Source: Mytilus californianus (Eukaryota). From it: a stretch of 64,000 nt of DNA. The notes under the pieces are model-generated. The model had not been told where the DNA came from and did not search any database. It saw only the letters and a list, made by a program, of their open reading frames with translations. The stretch spans positions 2,108,001 to 2,172,000 of the forward strand of contig NW_026262674.1 in the NCBI RefSeq assembly GCF_021869535.1, read 5' to 3'. Within the stretch, counting starts at the first letter, position 1; each line of letters starts with the position of its first letter. Shown in pieces: positions 13,501 to 25,500 of the stretch. The translations under genes and the position numbers were made by a program.

Positions 13501-16500
13501 CTTACTTGGTTTATCTATACATTTATCTTGGCATTCAGTTAGTAATTCAAAATTGTTGGCGTTTCCTTGGCATCCACCATATATAAACTTTTCACATTTC
13601 ATTGTTTTGAGATTGAAGAAATATCTTGGGAAACTGCCTTTACATGGTCCGGGTTGTTTGGGTAAGCGACAATCTAAAAAATATAGATAATTGTAATTTT
13701 TTTTCAAGATGGATCATATCATAATCTTTCCAAGTTCAAGGTTGTTTTGGTTAGTGACAATCTAAAAAAATCTAAATCATTGTAAAATCTTCCAAGATAG
13801 AACATATCATAAACTTTACAAGTTCAAGGTTGTTTTGGGTAGTGATAATCTAAAGAAATAAATACTTGTGAGATCTTCCAACGATACATGGCCCGAGAAC
13901 ACAGTTATTTCGTAGTGCATTTCTTTTAGACAATAAACTCAAATTAAAAAAATCGCACCTGCTCTATCTCAAAAAGATTTTTACAGTGTAGTGTACTACT
14001 ATTGATACAAATAATATCAAAATTATAGAAACTTCTACCAGCTCTAACTCAAAATATTGACAATTCTGTGTTAAGGGGGGCTAAAATTCAGTTTGACAGC
14101 TTCAGACATTCTAATTTTTGACCTTTTTTAACTGGACCAAATCACTACTTAACATAAAGATTCAGCACCCAAATTTTTTTAACATGTAATTTCATCCCCT
14201 TTCTTAATATTTCATGCATAAAATATCAAGAAATAAATTGGGAAAGTGTATAAAAAAAAAATGTAAGTTATACACTGTTCACACTAGGGACTATATTCGT
14301 AGACAACGAAAACCAAAGGACGATAACTGTGTCCTTGGACCTAATAGGATAGAAAGACTTGACCAATTTAAATAAAACTTTGCATGACCTAAGCTTAGGC
14401 AATTATAAGATAGTTGGCCAAGTTTCATGGCCATAGGATATATATTATAGAAACTAGGGCCATTTTAATATTGAAATTTGGTGGGTTTTTTTTTTGACGT
14501 TCAAATCAATTATTTTCAACTGTCAAGATTTTGGCCTAAAAAATTTAAATATTGCAAAAATTAGCTTTTTAAATACTCTTGAATTTAATATAATAAGTAT
14601 TAAAAGCAACGGAACACTCATTTGATTTATCAGATTTATTACAGTTATTCAAAAGTCAAATTTATATGAGCCTGTGCCTGAAGATAGAGATTTTCGAATT
14701 AAGGGAAGCCTTACATAAACATGCATTTTTTTCAACCAATTTGAAGTTTTTGAAGTTTTTTAACCATACATTATTCTTCCATATATATTAAATGTACTTT
14801 AAATGTAAAGAAAAGTTACAAAAAGCATACCACATGAGTATAAAATGGTCTTAGGCCATGTAAGACTGAGAATTATTTAGAGTCGATTTAGGCTGTAGCC
14901 CATATTTACATATAAAAATGCACACAGAGGCTATAAGAAATTGAAATTTGTTACTTTTTGCTCATTTCTATGCTAAGATGTCATGATACAAGAAGTCTAA
15001 TTGCAAAAGGACTCTTGAATTCAACTTTTTTTGGCAGACAGTATGGTCTGATGACCAGTTTTTCACTTTTCAATGGAAAACTTGCATGTAGTTTTAGTCT
15101 CATTTGGCATATATTTGAACCACTTACTATCCTAGAGAAGAAAATTATGGTAGCATATGAAATGAATAGGGTGTACTGATCATTGTAAAGTGTTTTTTTA
15201 CAGATTTAGTGAAATATTTGTGATGGACTACAGATTTTATGTACAAAGCTCTTCACATTTCACATACATCAAACAGGCCGTTTAACCAGGGACATAAATA
15301 CAAATATTCTGCACATTTTTTCTGTGATAATCTACTTTTCTATAGATTCCGAGTTCACAAATGGTTAATTAAATTTGATTTAAGCATAGAAACACAAATA
15401 TCAGGAACATAAAAAGCTGTCAGATAGAAAGTCAGCATGGCTCTTAGGCATAAAATGGAAACTGCTTTAAAATGCTTATTTTAGCCGTATAATGCCAAAA
15501 TGGGACATTTTAACAGAATTTCTGTCAAACAAAGATGTAAATCCTTTACTTTTATTGAGTTTGACAAATTGAAACCAGCAAACCATTCAGGAAAGTTGCC
15601 AAAGTACAGAATCTACATTTACGGAATTCATCTCTTAGGCCCGAGAACACAGTTATTTCGTAGTGCATTTCTTTTAGACAATAAACTCAAATTAAAAAAA
15701 TCGCACCTGCTCTATCTCAAAAAGATTTTTACAGTGTAGTGTACTACTATTGATACAAATAATATCAAAATTATAGAAACTTCTACCAGCTCTAACTCAA
15801 AATATTGACAATTCTGTGTTAAGGGGGCTAAAATTCAGTTTGACAGCTTCAGACATTCTAATTTTTGACCTTTTTTAACTGGACCAAATCACTACTTAAC
15901 ATAAAGATTCAGCACCCAAATTTTTTTAACATGTAATTTCATCCCCTTTCTTAATATTTCATGCATAAAATATCAAGAAATAAATTGGGAAAGTGTATAA
16001 AAAAACAATGCAAGTTATACACTGTTCACACTAGGGACTATATTCGTAGACAACGAAAACCAAAGGACGATAACTGTGTCCTTGGACCACATATCATAAA
16101 GAAACAAAATTATCTTAAGATCGAAAATAAAGCATGACACGAAAGAATTATTTCCTATATAAATTTAACTTGACTTTATTGGAGTATAATTGTCTTACAA
16201 AGGATAAACAGTTGAGTAATAATGAAACAAAATATTTTACCGCCATCAGGTTGTATCTATAATACAGGATACAACTAATGGCGCATTGTCATTCAAAATA
16301 AAGATGGTTGTGTACTGACCGGTGAATGACATTATTTCATGCATACTCAGATCGATAACATATAAACATAAATTTAAAAAGTTGCTTCTGCAAAAAATCG
16401 ATCAACACTGATGAATGCTGAAAAATTTAGACTACTTTTGTTGAAGAGTTATTGGGGAACATAGACGGAAATTTGACTAGCAACAGGTAACTAACTGTCC

Positions 16501-19500
16501 CTGAACGCGTTTTTGCTAAAGGTTCTTTGAACATAGCGAGGTATTTTTCACTCACGCGGCGTTAGTGTTAACTTCCAAATTTCTTTGTAACATTATCATT
16601 ACTATCATTATCACACAAAAATATAATATATAAAAAAAGATGTGGTATGATTGCCGATGAGATAGTTCTACACAAGACACCAAAATGACACAGAAATTAA
16701 CAACTATCGGTCACCGTACGGCCTTCAACAATGATCAAGGCCCATACCATAAGTCTTGTTAAACAAGTATTAAATGATACCTTTATTGCATGGAATGATA
16801 CCAGGAGGGCCATAACATTTCACTCCATCTACATAGAATATTTTTGCTTTACCATCAGTGCAAAGCCATGGTGGAGGAGGGGAGTACATCGGACAAGGAT
16901 CTAAAAACACAAGTAAGAAACAAATAAGGAATGTTGCATCATTGGCATTAAATAAAGACGTTTCATCGAGGGGACATGAGTTCTATTTTTTTTTTCATTA
17001 TCGAATCTATCAGACATACGCATATTGCATATGTAATGGAAGGTATTTTTTTCTTGGAAAAGGAAAAATAACTATCGATGTCCCTTTGTCCATAACAAAT
17101 GCAATGTCTGCCGATATTTATACATATCATCAAGAAAAACATTGTCAAGCGTACAGTCAAGATGATAATAATAACATGAATTAAACTACCTTTGCACTGG
17201 TGCAAAAATGTGGATCAGGATCTACTTACTCTTTCGAAGCACCTAAGATCAGCCCCAGTTTTTGATGGGGATCATGTTGCTTAGTCTTTAGTTATCTATG
17301 TTGTGTTTTGTGTACTGTTGGTTGACTCTTGGTCTTTTTTCTTTTTTTTTAGCCATGGCGTTGTCAGTTTTTTTTCGACTGATGAGTATGAATGTCCCTT
17401 TGGTATCTTTCGCCTCTCTTTTAATGGTAAATAATCAACTAATTCGACATTACAAATTAGGAGATCTGGTATGATTGCTAATGAGACAAGTATTTACCAA
17501 CATCATTTTTTTACCACTATAAGACATTTGTTTCACTGTCACTTTTCAAAATTGTTTTTGAATTTGATGTATCGCTTGAGTAAATAAAAAAAAAAGTAAA
17601 ATAAGTATTAGTACAAGATACTGCAAGTTTATCAAAAAGGGTGACTGTAATCTTTTCTTATTTGCCTCTATATGAGGGTCTGGATGGGGTTTACAGAATA
17701 CAGAATAATGGACAAATGTACAAAATAAATGTAAAAATATAAACATAGAGAAAAAAAAGGACAAAATAAATAAAGAATAGAGAATAATTGGGTGTTAAAA
17801 TATAAGAATAGAGAATACTGAGCAAAACCAAATAAAGAATACAGAAAACTGGCTGAAAAGATTAAAAAATACAGAAATTGAGGTCCCCCATAGAGACCCT
17901 CTTTTATGTTAATGTTTTAACAAAAGACTGTGTCTACTTACCTTGTCTGCATTTACATATCTCACAGCCATTTTCGTCCTTTTGAAATCCTAATGAACAT
18001 TTTATTAAAGGACATAATATTTCGGGGCATACTAAAAAAGAAATTCAAGTTTTTATTAACATTGTTCAAGCAGCATCAATTGTTATGAATGTATTTTCAC
18101 ACGTAAACAAAACAAGGATGAAAAATTATTTTCTTTTATCATGTTAACCCATGGTCATATAATTTAGAGATAATGTTGATTTTGTTGTAAATTATCAATT
18201 ATTTGTTTTAATAGTTAATTCTACTTGTGAAATTCATTTGAAACTTCAATATAAAAGGCATTCTGTTAATTATTTTTTTCAAGGTCAAACTTATCAACGT
18301 CGGTTCACTCATTATGACGTCGGTGAGATGTCCGGGTCAATGTTATTAGGTTACAGGTCAACGTCTTTGACGTCACAAAGCCGTGACATGCAATTTTATG
18401 AAGAACTGAGCAGAGTGATATAGACAGTGGAAACACCGAAATAGACAAATAAATAATCGTTTTTCTGCAAAAAGGAATCTTCCAGATATAGGTGCATCTG
18501 ATATCACGCAATATAGATGGCAGAAATAGCCCTCAAAATGACAAATTTTAATGTAAAACAATTCAAACAAACAAAATGTGAAGTAAAATTACTCAAGGTA
18601 AAAATAGGTTTTAAATGGATATTAGAAGTTCTGTTTTGCATTAGAAACAGAATGACTACCATACAATATGAAAATAAGAAGATGAGGTATGATTGCCAAT
18701 GAGACAACTATCCACCAAAGATCAAATAAAATGGATGTAAGCAATTATAGGCAACCGTACGGCCTTCAACAATGACAACAACTCATACCGTGTAGTCAGC
18801 TATAAAAGGCCTCGACATAAAAGATATGAAACAATTTAATTGAGAAAACTAATTTATAACAAAACAATTTACGAAAAACAATTATAAGACGTGAACCAAC
18901 GACAACCACTGAACTAACGGATCCTGACTTGGGACAAGCACATAAAGACTGTGGCTGGGTTAAACATTTTTGTAAACGCTCAACCCTGCCCTAACCTGGG
19001 ACAGTGGTGTACAGTACAGTACAACATAAGAACAAACTATAAAAATCAGTTGAAAATGCTTACTCATCAGATCGACACAAAGAAAAACATTAAACAAAAA
19101 ACAGACAAGTCGTGTCAGTTTTTTTTTTTATCTATCCCTCATCCCTAACAACAAAAAAGACACTTAGTTCAGATCTGAGAGTACTCGCAGTTGCTGACAG
19201 CTAGTTCAAAGCCAATAACAACTAATAAAAAAAATCATGTATCTAAGATTAAAATATCAATCAGTACAAATCCAACATCCAATGGATTTAGTGTAAAAAC
19301 ATCATTAACAGTCAGAAAAAAACAAGAACTTGTGCAATGACAAAATATAGGTATCAACAAAATCAATAAGCTTATTATGATGAACTTGTAGTGGTATTAT
19401 TCAAAAGCGTGTAAAAAATATCATTGACAACAGCATGAACAATGGAATAGAGAATGAAGAAAATGAATTGTGAAAATGAAAAGAAAGATCTGCATAACAG

Positions 19501-22500
19501 TTACGCTGTTTTTTATTGCTTCTTTTTTAAGTTTCACCGCGGAAAAGATTTCACATACCTTTGCCTTTGCACGATGTACCACAGGAAGGATTGAAGCAAC
19601 ACATTTGACCTGAAAATATATCTTAAAAATTAAGGAAATTGAGAAACATAGTTGTATATTGTAAACGTGATGTTCTTGAATACACTGTGATTTTTGTGGA
19701 TTTTTTCAAGTTCAACTGATTTTTAAAGAGTTAACTCCCATGTTCTGTACCCACTTAAAACGCCATCGTTTGTCATAGCGTGACACCAACAGGTGAAATA
19801 TCAATAATTAGCATAGAAAGAGGAGCATGTCCGCTAGCTTAAAATTCAATATCATATCTTTAACATAATATTAAGCGATACAGTGTTTTTGGGGCTAACT
19901 TAAATGTTTAAGAACGTTTAAATGTAAGCTTGCTTGACAAATATTAATAATAAACAAAACGTTTAAGGTTGCAGTGGCACGGGTCACAGTAAATTATTCC
20001 AAAAACAGGCAATCAAAATATTATGAAAAAATGTTAGACGAAAATAACGTTCTTGTAGCCTTAGAGTTTCTTACCAAATAATATTCATTTTGCATGTCCA
20101 GGTAATTATAGAAGTACATATTATCATATATGCTTGTAATTAAAAGCAAACACTGTACTTCGTATATGAAAACCATCCTCTTAATCTTAAATTTGAACAT
20201 TATGGAGAATAAAACTATTTAAAAAGGTTGGCTTATTATAAACTTGTTTTCTAAGAGGCTTTTAAAATGGTTTTATTGTTATCTGACATTAATGATTTTC
20301 CTGTTGAATATTTTCATTTTTAACGCTTTAGCCGTGACCTATCTATTCTACTGACATAACGAGTTCCGATGTGTTAGCCGGCATGACCTAAAACGACGAA
20401 TCAAAGAATTCACCTTTATATATAACTGATTTAGAACAATGGTGTTGATTAAAAATTACACCATTCCAGGCCCATTTGTTTTCCATATAATAAATATTAC
20501 CAATAATTAACAAGTTCTGGGTCGAATCCGATACCAATACCAATAGTAACTGTCACGTGTAGTTTCAGCTTGTAATAAGAAAACCAGGATGGGTTCAAAC
20601 AGAAATGTTTTGAGAGCAGATGAAACTGTGCACCTTATAACCAGGATGACTTTATCAGATGACAATACGAATACTAACAATCCAGACTAAAAATAAGGCA
20701 TAGGTTCTTTTATTCAGTCACGGTTGTCGCAGGTGTGTTTTAGTTCTATATACAACAATACACTGACCTGGTTTACATTCAGTATCTGCGTTACATAACT
20801 GCTGGTAACGAACACACACAGGACATTCTGTGCTACCTTGGTTATTGAGACAAACTGGACATCCAGGACGGTCACCCTATTTGGATATAAAAACAGATCA
20901 ATTTATTATAGTAATCATTATGGTGTTTCTACTTCGTCATAGTCCCTACCTCTAGTTTATTGAATACATAAGTAAATGTAAAAACAAATAACAATGTCAA
21001 TAATGTTCCTTTTTACCTGATAAATCATAATTTCTTCTTTGTTTTTAAGAGGGGGCAAGATATTTTCTGTTAAGGTAGTTGATGTGTCTCCCTTGGTTTA
21101 GTTTGTAACCCGGATTTGTTTTCTCTTAATCGATTTATGACTTTTGAACAGCAGTATACTACTTTATATCTATGGAAGAATTTAGTAAAGGTTTTAAGTA
21201 ATTTGTGGTAACGAAATCCTTGACTTAATAATTTACCAGTTATTCATAGATTACGTTCATTAAAATTCAAAACGTCACAACAGACACGGGCATAGCGAAC
21301 GAGTTGTGATATATAAACACCGTAAGATGGTGCCAAAGGAACATCACCATCCAAAAAAGGAAAAAAAACAATAGGGAACGAAAAATCGTCCCCTTTGTCG
21401 TAATCTTTAGTGTGAAGTTTCCCGTGTTAAAACTGAAATATCTAAATCTAGGAAAGGACAGTTATTATCGTTTACATTTGATTTATTTAAAGTAACTTCC
21501 TTTGGGTAAATTTCGGCAGTATGTTTAGAAAATTCTTGATTATGTAACACAACATTTCATCAAGATAACGGTAAGTTTTGTTGAATTTATCAATTAAATG
21601 CAATTGAGACGGGTCTTTACTGTTTTTGGTCATAAGCTGTGATTCATAACAGTACAAAAACAAATCTGCTATTATAGGGGCGCAATTAGTGGCCATAGGA
21701 ATACCTACAGCCTGTCGATAAACTTTGTTGCCGAAACGTACATAAATATTATCAAGGAGAAAATTACCAGCTTCAATCATCTCATCACACCTCTAGTAAG
21801 TATATCTAGCATATTTACCTTTCTCGTTAGAGAAGAAGGCTTTAAATGAGTTGCATCAAATATATATGCATTCAGATTTACCAAACGACCATTTAATTGA
21901 TTAGGAAAACTTTTGTTTGATAAGTTTGTTTGGAAGTGTAGTGTAAAGAGTTGAAAAGTCAAAACTGTAAACAGAATCAAAAGGACCATCAGAGGCACGT
22001 AACTTATCTAAAACACCCAAAGATTTTTTTACGCTTCAAAAATAGTTATTTCTACTATTTTCATATATTTTATTACAAAAGTTAATGATACGTTCTTTGA
22101 TAGTAGTTAAGGAACTAGTTAAAAGCACTGAAAGATCAGTTGAAAAACACTTACTAGAGCATGTAGAGACCGAGATGAAACGATATTTTGCTGGTTTGTT
22201 GTGTAGTTTAGGTAACCAATACATAGTAGGGACCTTCAAATATTCAGAAGAGGCCTTAAGCTGTAATGTGGTTATGATATGTTTGTTTACTATATGACTC
22301 TCTGTGGAGCGTACGGACTTGAATGTAGATGAATTTAAAATTTCATTCTTAAGAACGTCCGTGTAGTATTTACGGCATACCACCACCACATTGTTGGCTG
22401 CTTTGTCGGCCGGTACAAACACAAACCGCTTTAAAAGTTCTTGAAGTTTATTTCTGATTCTAGAAATAGGCGTATTATGTACTCTTTTATTTATTTCTGA

Positions 22501-25500
22501 TTTTTTTTCAAAATGTGATATTCGAATATCCCCAACATTCATGCACTTATTTAAATAAGAATCAAGAGATTTTTTTATCAGATTTTAGTATACATTATTG
22601 CTTAGGGAACAGTTAAAGACCGCCTCTTGGTGCGGGATTTTCTCGCTGCATTGAAGACCCATTGGTGGCCTTTAACTGTTTCCGGTCTTTGGTCGGGTTT
22701 ATGTCTCTTTGACACATTCCCCGTTTCCATTCTCACTTCTAATGGTTTTATTCTTCTTATTTAATCACTTTTCTACAAACTGTCAGAAATATTTGGCTAT
22801 TTTGTGGATGATACTAAGTACTTAGTCTACATTCAGTCAAGTATAAGAGATAGATAATTTACATTATCGATGGTTCATAAATTTTGTTATGTGTAAGGGT
22901 CATTTACGATACATTTACAAATTCGCTACTATGTGTAAAAAGTAAAATAACAAAAACACTGAACTACAAGGAAACTTCAAAACGGAAAGTCCCTAATCAA
23001 ATGGCAAAATCAAACACTCAAACACATCAAACGTATGGAAAACATCTGTCATATTGTTTACTTGGTACAGATTTTTCCTTATTGAGAAAATGGTAGATTA
23101 AACCTGGTATTATAGCTAGCTAAACCTCTCACTTATATGACAGTCGCATATATTTCAAATATTGACAGCAATATGTGGAGCAAAACAAACAGACACATAA
23201 GGTAAAAATGTAAAAAATTTGGGTACAGCAGTCAACATTATATTACAATCTTAATCACTATAATAACAAACAATTATGTCACCTCTCTACCTGTTATGAT
23301 TCTTTACCGCATTTAACAGAAACAGTTGGTGGGAAGAGATAGAGTAGACCCTTCCGGAACAAAGGAGTGCACTGATTTTAATCTTAAATGTCTGTGTAGA
23401 GCTTTACCAGCCGTTTTTACACTTCATTGTTTGTTTAAACAAATATAAACAAAAATACCGAACTGGAAGGTAAATTAAAAAATTGGAGATGTCCAATAAA
23501 CCTGGCAAAATCAAACGCTCGACCATATCAATCAACGGAACGATTGGAAAATTTTGAAGTTTATTCTTGACTTAGTACGAACATTTTTATAAAAAAAGAA
23601 AAAAAAGAAAAAAAAAAAACCATAACCCGTGTTTGAACCTGGCTTTAAAGATAGCGAAACCTCCAACTTGTAAGACAGTTGTGTATAGTGTCATTATATT
23701 GACAACAAAAATTATGTAATTATTATAACATTAACCTATGACATTTAACTTTCCCTTTTTATTCTTCTACAGACTCTTTGAATATAAGAAGTTACATACT
23801 TTTAAAGGATCAGTGCAAGCAAAATTTCCACATGGTTTTCTACAACATTTTTGATTTCCTAAAATGTAAAATGTTTAAACATTAGCAAAGCACCGGGTAG
23901 ATGAAAGGCAAACAAATTAATGAAATATAATTACAGATAATATCATCGAAAATGCTAGGTAGCTTTTCAAATCGTACTACGTTCTCAGTAAATATCAGTC
24001 CTTGGAAAAGTAAAATCAATACGGATAAGAATCTTAGATAAAGCAGTACTTTTTACATACAGTTATTCAATACAAGTGGCACATTAGTTTCAAGGATATG
24101 TTAGAAGACGTTTGCTCAATCAAACGGGGGCGGAAAAAAAATAATAAAAATACATCAAACAGTTCACAAAACAGAGAAAAGTCAGACTTTACAGAGAAAA
24201 CGTTAGACTTTATAAAAAAATGAAAACATTAACCGTAGAAGGGAGGTCCTCAAAAACATAGAATAACCGTTTGTTGATAAATTGAATAGAAGCCTAGCAC
24301 TTGTAGAAGTATATGTTGATGGCATTCCAGTTAAATTGCTAACTGATGTGATTGATCTTTTTCCAATGCCAACATGTTTTCAAACTAGACAATCATTTTG
24401 ATCGAAAATGTTTTAAATCGAAACAATATACACCAGACCTGTAGTTTATCAGTGATCACAGAGCTTTCGGAGGTGTTGTACACTTTTTGCTTATACTTTG
24501 CTTATAGTATGTTACACCTATATTAACCATAATAAATTAATAATAATACGTGATGAAAATTTCTTATTGTCCAGACTTTGAAAGTCATTTGAACAGATTT
24601 TCTGGTTATTATAATATTAAGAAAAAATTAAATCAATGTATGAATATGTACTATACTTAGGCCGTGCTCACATTGATCTCAACTCGGTGTGGTGTAAATG
24701 TACTCAACACTTAAACTAAACTCTATTACGTCCCCATTGATAAAAATCAATGTATATATATAGTTTAAATCCGGTTTTGAACACATGCAGTCGATAGTAA
24801 ATGTAGAACTTGTGTTGGTTAAGTGTACATAAAACTGGATATTAAGAACGTGGATTTTATTATGAATATTAAAAAAGTTACATATATTGAATAAAAGTGA
24901 TTATAATAATATTATGAATGAAGTTATTTACCTATTTATATGACAAAAACTTAAAAAATTGCTCATCCAAAAACATGATTAAACTTGATAGCCTTCGTGG
25001 AGGATTGGATTTTCAGTGGGAGGGGGGATTATTATCTGATAGAATATTCATTTTACACCGATTGATAGAACGGCTAATTTATTTAGTGCGAAAATTATTT
25101 TCATTCTTTGTACACAACTATTTCGTTTAGAGTTCTGCATTTTGTAGGTGAAAATATTTATTTTCATCATGTCTTGCACAAGATTATTTTTTACAGTTAG
25201 TTCCAGTCCAGACTATTCATTTCCAAAATTAACCCGTGGGTGTCTGGGGGAATAGAAATATGGTCACTTAGGTCTTCTTCCGATCGGCCGTAAAACCCTT
25301 CCCTAAGTGGGGCGTCCGTTTGGCTGTGCGAGATGTACAAGTACTCAGCCACGTCTGGTCAGAGTGGAAACATGAAATCCGATGTCTCGTTTCGAGAGAA
25401 TGGCCTGTTGCAATGCAAAATTTCTGTCCCACTTCAATATACTGTCATTTTCAAATGGCAGTCAAAATTGCCCGATTTTCATCTCGGATGGTCTCTATTA

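Noticed and set aside
16241-16256. Possible 16-nt micro-exon (tag|ATACAACCTGATGGCG|gtaaaa)
   Set aside because: The upstream exon ends in phase 1, and in that phase this segment contains TGA. Exon 16781 joins the Kunitz exon cleanly without it.
20950-21028. Signal-peptide-like segment [26 protein letters not shown] with a phase-0 GTAGGG donor 73 bp before exon 20876
   Set aside because: It needs a 1-nt deletion in an A5 run (21010-21014) to be in frame, and six well-formed WAP exons upstream already splice in phase to 20876. It would be worth revisiting only if reads show A4 or an internal TSS.
21165-22560. In-frame TGA codons at Cys-like positions in the Penelope-like RT, recalling selenocysteine recoding in Naiad elements
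   Set aside because: TAG and TAA stops and frameshifts are also present, and the catalytic motif is degraded (YLDE). Ordinary decay explains it.
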